Below the pieces are notes generated by a model. That model made no database searches. It saw only the letters and a list, made by a program, of their open reading frames with translations, and was not told the origin of the DNA. Positions 16,939 through 20,776 of a stretch of DNA of 20,776 nt are shown here, piece after piece. The stretch covers positions 1 to 20,776 of the forward strand of contig QPMI01000698.1 of the NCBI GenBank assembly GCA_004431415.1. The letters run 5' to 3'. The translations under genes and the position numbers were made by a program. How positions within the stretch are numbered: position 1 is the stretch's first letter; every line of letters starts with the position of its first letter. This stretch comes from Cyanophora paradoxa CCMP329 (taxonomy: Eukaryota > Plantae > Glaucophyta).

Positions 16939-19820
16939 TACTAGTAGCTCGTAACCCATGCGGATTGCGGATTCAATGATTGCAGCGCGCGCGCTCGGAT
17001 CACTGGGCAGATCCGAGGTGCGCGGGCGGATTGCAGCGCGCCGCGCGGCTGCTTACCAGTACCGCAGTACTAGTATATACGTATACGTACGTGCATGCTT
17101 AGTTTGCTCGCGCTTCTGGGCCGCTGGCCGCGGCCGGGCCACACGCGACAGGCCCGTGCCAGTATTGTGAATCCGTGGCATGCGCTGTCATAAAAAGATG
17201 ATGAACTGAAGTATACAGGCTGTCGGGATCCGAAATCTATCCCAGCACCAGCCCCTGAAGCCCGAATCCGAGCGCTAGTAGTTGCCGAGAAACGAAACTA
17301 ACTGCAATCAGCTTGTCCGAACAGCGGGTAGTGCTGCTGTCCTGCCTGCAGCATCGTCCGCCGGCGGCACAGGCAGAATGCGCCCTCGCCGCACTCGCTG
17401 CGGCAAGTCACCGCGCTCGCTGCGCTCAGAATAAGCGGACTCCTAGCTTAAAGAGAGAAGTGGGAAGCAAGGGACGTCTGCGCCACCGAGGAGAGGTAGC
17501 AGTCCCGTTCCTCCGCATCCAGCATCCCTTGCCCGTGCCCGACGCGAAGGCAGAGCGCTCGCTGCGCACGGAGAGGAATGTCAATCTAATGAAAAGAGAT
17601 GCGCGCGATTAACAGACCGCACCTGCGGCCGAGCGCCCACACCATGACTGGAAAGAGCGCTCCTCTGGCCAAAAGGCGAGGCGTTGATGGCGCTCGCCGC
17701 GCTGCGGCATCACGGTCAGCGCGCGGATCGAACGAAGATAAGCGAGTGGTGACCGGCAAACGGACCGCTGTGCACCACAGCAGGTGAGTGAGCAGCAGCC
17801 GGCTCGCGCCGCGTCCGGCCGTCCGGCATCCCTCGACCGCGATGCCGAAGCTGCGTTCGGAGCGTCAACCGAAAGAGAGAAGAATGCGCGCCGGCAAACG
17901 ACCGCACCTGCCGCACCTGCGCCCCAGCGCCGCAAGCACAAGAACTCCGAGGCCGCGGCCGTCCAGAGCCACGCGTCCGAGAACGGCACCCGCTCCGCTG
18001 CGCACGCGGCCGGCGTCACAAAAACATCAACGCGAGAGTAGCGGAAACAAGAGCGAGCACCTGGCCTGCGGGAGAAGACGCTAGGCGAACTGGATGGTGG
18101 TGCTCTGCTCGCGCGGGCCAGTCACCCCGTTCCCTGGACCGCCAGCGGAATGAGGGATTGGGGCAAAGGAGATGAAACGAAAAAGCACCTTGCTTCGCAT
18201 CGGCAGCCGCCTTCTCCTTTTTGCGCGAGCCGACCAAAAGAAGGAACACTTGGCGGCGGCGGCCGGGCTAAGAATGCAGATCAAGGGCGCTTGAAGAGGC
18301 AAGAACGACGCGTACACGAGCGCTCTTCGCCACGAGCGGGCGCCCGCCGCCCTGGGCAGCGCTCTGCTTTTGAAATCAGGCCGGCGACAGGCGGGGGACG
18401 CGAGAGGATGCAAGTAGGCACCTTCGAACGTCGTTCGCGCTCGAGGCTCGTCAAGTTCGCGGCAGCTGTGCGGACTCCGTTTGACCTGTTTGAAATTGTG
18501 GAGTAAGGGAGACCAGGATGCGCTGCGGTGGAGAGCCCAGCGCCGACGCACCGAGATTGCATTGCGTCCCGTGCTGGAGGCCGCAGCCAGTTCTTGCCCT
18601 GCGTGCTCTTCAAAGTGCAAGGCCGGAATTCGGGGTACACAGCTGTTGGGCGAAAGCGGCAGCGACACCAACAGCGATATCGATCGAGGATGCTTGAGAC
18701 GCCCTTCGGCTCAGCTTTCCGAGGAAGCCTGAGCGGTCCCATGCTCCTTCGCAGCTCGCTCGGCCGCGGTGCCGAGCACGTTGGCGGAAGCTCGCAGATG
18801 CGGCGCGCGGCCCTTTCGTTAGCTATAGCTAGGCGCATGTGGCCCGTGTTCTCGCAGCTGCATGTCTATGCCCTGGCGTGGCCGTGTTTCCGTGCGGCGC
18901 CGCGTTCACGGCCTGCCTTCCTCCCACAAACCGACGACGTGCGTCTATGCCGTGCCCTCCGCGTTCCACGCGTGACGTACAGCTCACTCGATTTCGCAGG
19001 GATCGCCGGCGGTGAGCCCCGTCGGCCCAGTTGGTTGGCCCTGCGCCCAAGCCGAGCCAAGGTGCGGCTACCGCCTGGACGGGTGCGGGATCAGACGGGC
19101 TGCATCCCGTTTCTCGCTGTTGATCTCTCCTTCGTAGCGGGCGATGGCGTGCCGGCAAGCTGCTGGCGGCGATCGCGCCCTGCCGAGCGCGTCGCCATCG
19201 CCGGGGGTGGGCCACCGGACCATAGCTTTGCGTCAGCGGCGCGCGAACGCATGTCTCACGATTCTTGCTTGCGTTCCAGGCGCTGGATCGCGCGCGCCGT
19301 CTCCAGGCTCCGAATTCTGGACCCCTCTTCCACAGCTTGGTGAGGCTCAGGCCTAGACGAGGTGAGTTGAGCGGTCTGTGTGCGTACGCGTCGCTGACAA
19401 GGCGCTCCTGTCGCGCAGGATGATCGAGTCCCGGGGCGATGGTCGGAGGGAGCGGAGGGCGGCAGCATGGATTGCACGGCGGGGCGTAGGATCGGCGGGC
19501 GGCGGCCCGGGGCGCACGCCTCGCGCGCCGCCGGCTGCCCGCCCGCCCCGGCCCGCCCCGGCGCCGTCGCTTCGCCCGCCCCGGCGCCTTCGCCCCGCTC
19601 CGCCCCGTCGCTTTCGCCCCGCCCCGCAGAGTCGGTGCGCCGTGCTGAGCGCCCTGCCCGGCACAGCCCGGCCTGCCTGCTGCTGACGCCCTCGCAGCTC
19701 TCGAGGATTTTGAATTTTCGGGCGTCCCGCTGCCGCGGGAGAGGATCTTCGAGCGCCCCGCCGCCCCCGCCGTCTCAGGGGACAGCGCCGGGGGTCGCGG
19801 AAGCTCAGCAGGCGGCGGCG

Positions 19821-20130
19821 CGGCTCACCTGGCGGGCGGAGGCGCGGCGGGCGGCGGCACGGCTCGCCGGGAGGGCGGCGGCGCGGCGGGCGGCGCGCAG
19901 CTCGCCGGGCGGGGCGAGGGTGCGGCGGGCGCGGCGAAGCTCGGCGGGCGGGGCGCGGGAGCGGCGGGGGCGGCGCGGCTCGCCAGGCGGGGCGGAGGCG
20001 CGGCGGGCGGCGCCGCGGCTCGCGGGCGGGGCGGAGGCGCAGCGTGCTGCGGCCGGCTCGCCGCACGGGGTGGAGGCGCGGCTGGCGGCGGCGAGGCTCG
20101 CCAGGGGGGGCGGAGGCGCAGCAGGCGGAC
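19821..20130 (+). repeat. GC-rich minisatellite, ~39-bp unit, about 8 degenerate copies
   Basis: Recurring CGGCTCGCCGGGCGGGGCGGAGGCGCGGCGGGCGGCG. Confidence 0.75.
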
Positions 20131-20243
20131 AGGACGGCAGGCGCGGCGGGCGCGGCGTGGCTCGGGGGCGCCGGTGGCGCGACGCGGCTTTCGATTCGTG
20201 ATCACTGATCATGAGCGTGATGATCTCTTGTCATTCAATTTAA

Positions 20244-20776
20244 ACAGATCCGAGGCTGCGCTGCCTGCAACTTGGCACAAATGAAGTGTTGGCAATTGGG
20301 GCCCACTATTGCTTGGCGAGGCCCAGCACCTTTTCAGCGCTTGCCACATTAAAATCAAATCTAGCGCCTTTGATATAGTCCAGGTACGCTTCTCCAGTCA
20401 GTGAAAAGGCCGGGATCTTTTCCTGGCTTCATGATCAATTCTCATGATCATCATGAACACTGCATGCATGGGTGCTCAGATCCTCACTGCGAGCCAAATT
20501 GAAACTCGGGGCCCATATTGCATACGCCCGCGAGCATGCTGTTGGGGGTTCTCGAGGGCGCTGGATTTGATTATGAAGTCGGTTGAAGACAGATCCGAGG
20601 CTGCGCTGCCCTGCAACTTGGCACAAATGAAGTGTTGGCAATTGGGGCCCACTATTGCTTGGCGAGGCACCAGCACCTTTTCAGCGCTTGCCACTATTAA
20701 AATCAAATCTAGCGCCTTTGATATAGTCCAGGTACGCTTCTCCAGTCAGTGAAAAGGCCGGGATCTTTTCCTGGCT
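20244..20776 (+). repeat. Direct repeat of at least 185 bp with ~345-bp period, continuing off the right edge
   Basis: 20244-20428 matches 20589-20776 apart from about three single-base indels. Confidence 0.9.

Noticed and set aside
16958-20212. Many R/A/P-rich ORFs on both strands
   Set aside because: No recognisable domains; expected from high GC and the minisatellite. A spliced host gene cannot be excluded but cannot be supported.
20435-20752. Short ORFs in the terminal repeat
   Set aside because: They lie in repeat copies that differ by frameshifting indels and show no coding signature.

Overview
About 1-16.9 kb is the right-hand part of an endogenous small relative of the giant viruses (Nucleocytoviricota), lying in a very GC-rich eukaryotic-looking genome. 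Its gene set best fits Mriyaviricetes (Yaravirus, Gamadviridae, 'NCLDV-like dwarf virus'): an NCLDV-type double-jelly-roll major capsid protein, A32 packaging ATPase, VLTF3, a RuvC/A22-like resolvase, an OB-fold ssDNA-binding protein, a DUF5767-like protein, a DUF5679-like Zn-ribbon protein and two paralogous HUH endonucleases. No DNA polymerase or integrase is visible in the window. Most genes are broken by short indels, so the ORF track hides them; the pattern points to long-read error or indel-biased decay. Most genes share an AWTTTTCY element 12-35 nt upstream of the ATG, and a TCACCTGA cluster precedes a smaller set. At 14.85-16.23 kb a four-copy nested inverted repeat with 15-bp iterons and an AT-rich hairpin core separates divergent viral genes; it is a candidate replication origin or fused-termini junction. 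From about 17 kb the sequence looks like host DNA, with a GC-rich minisatellite and a ~345-bp-period repeat. All family assignments come from reading motifs by eye; no database searches were run.
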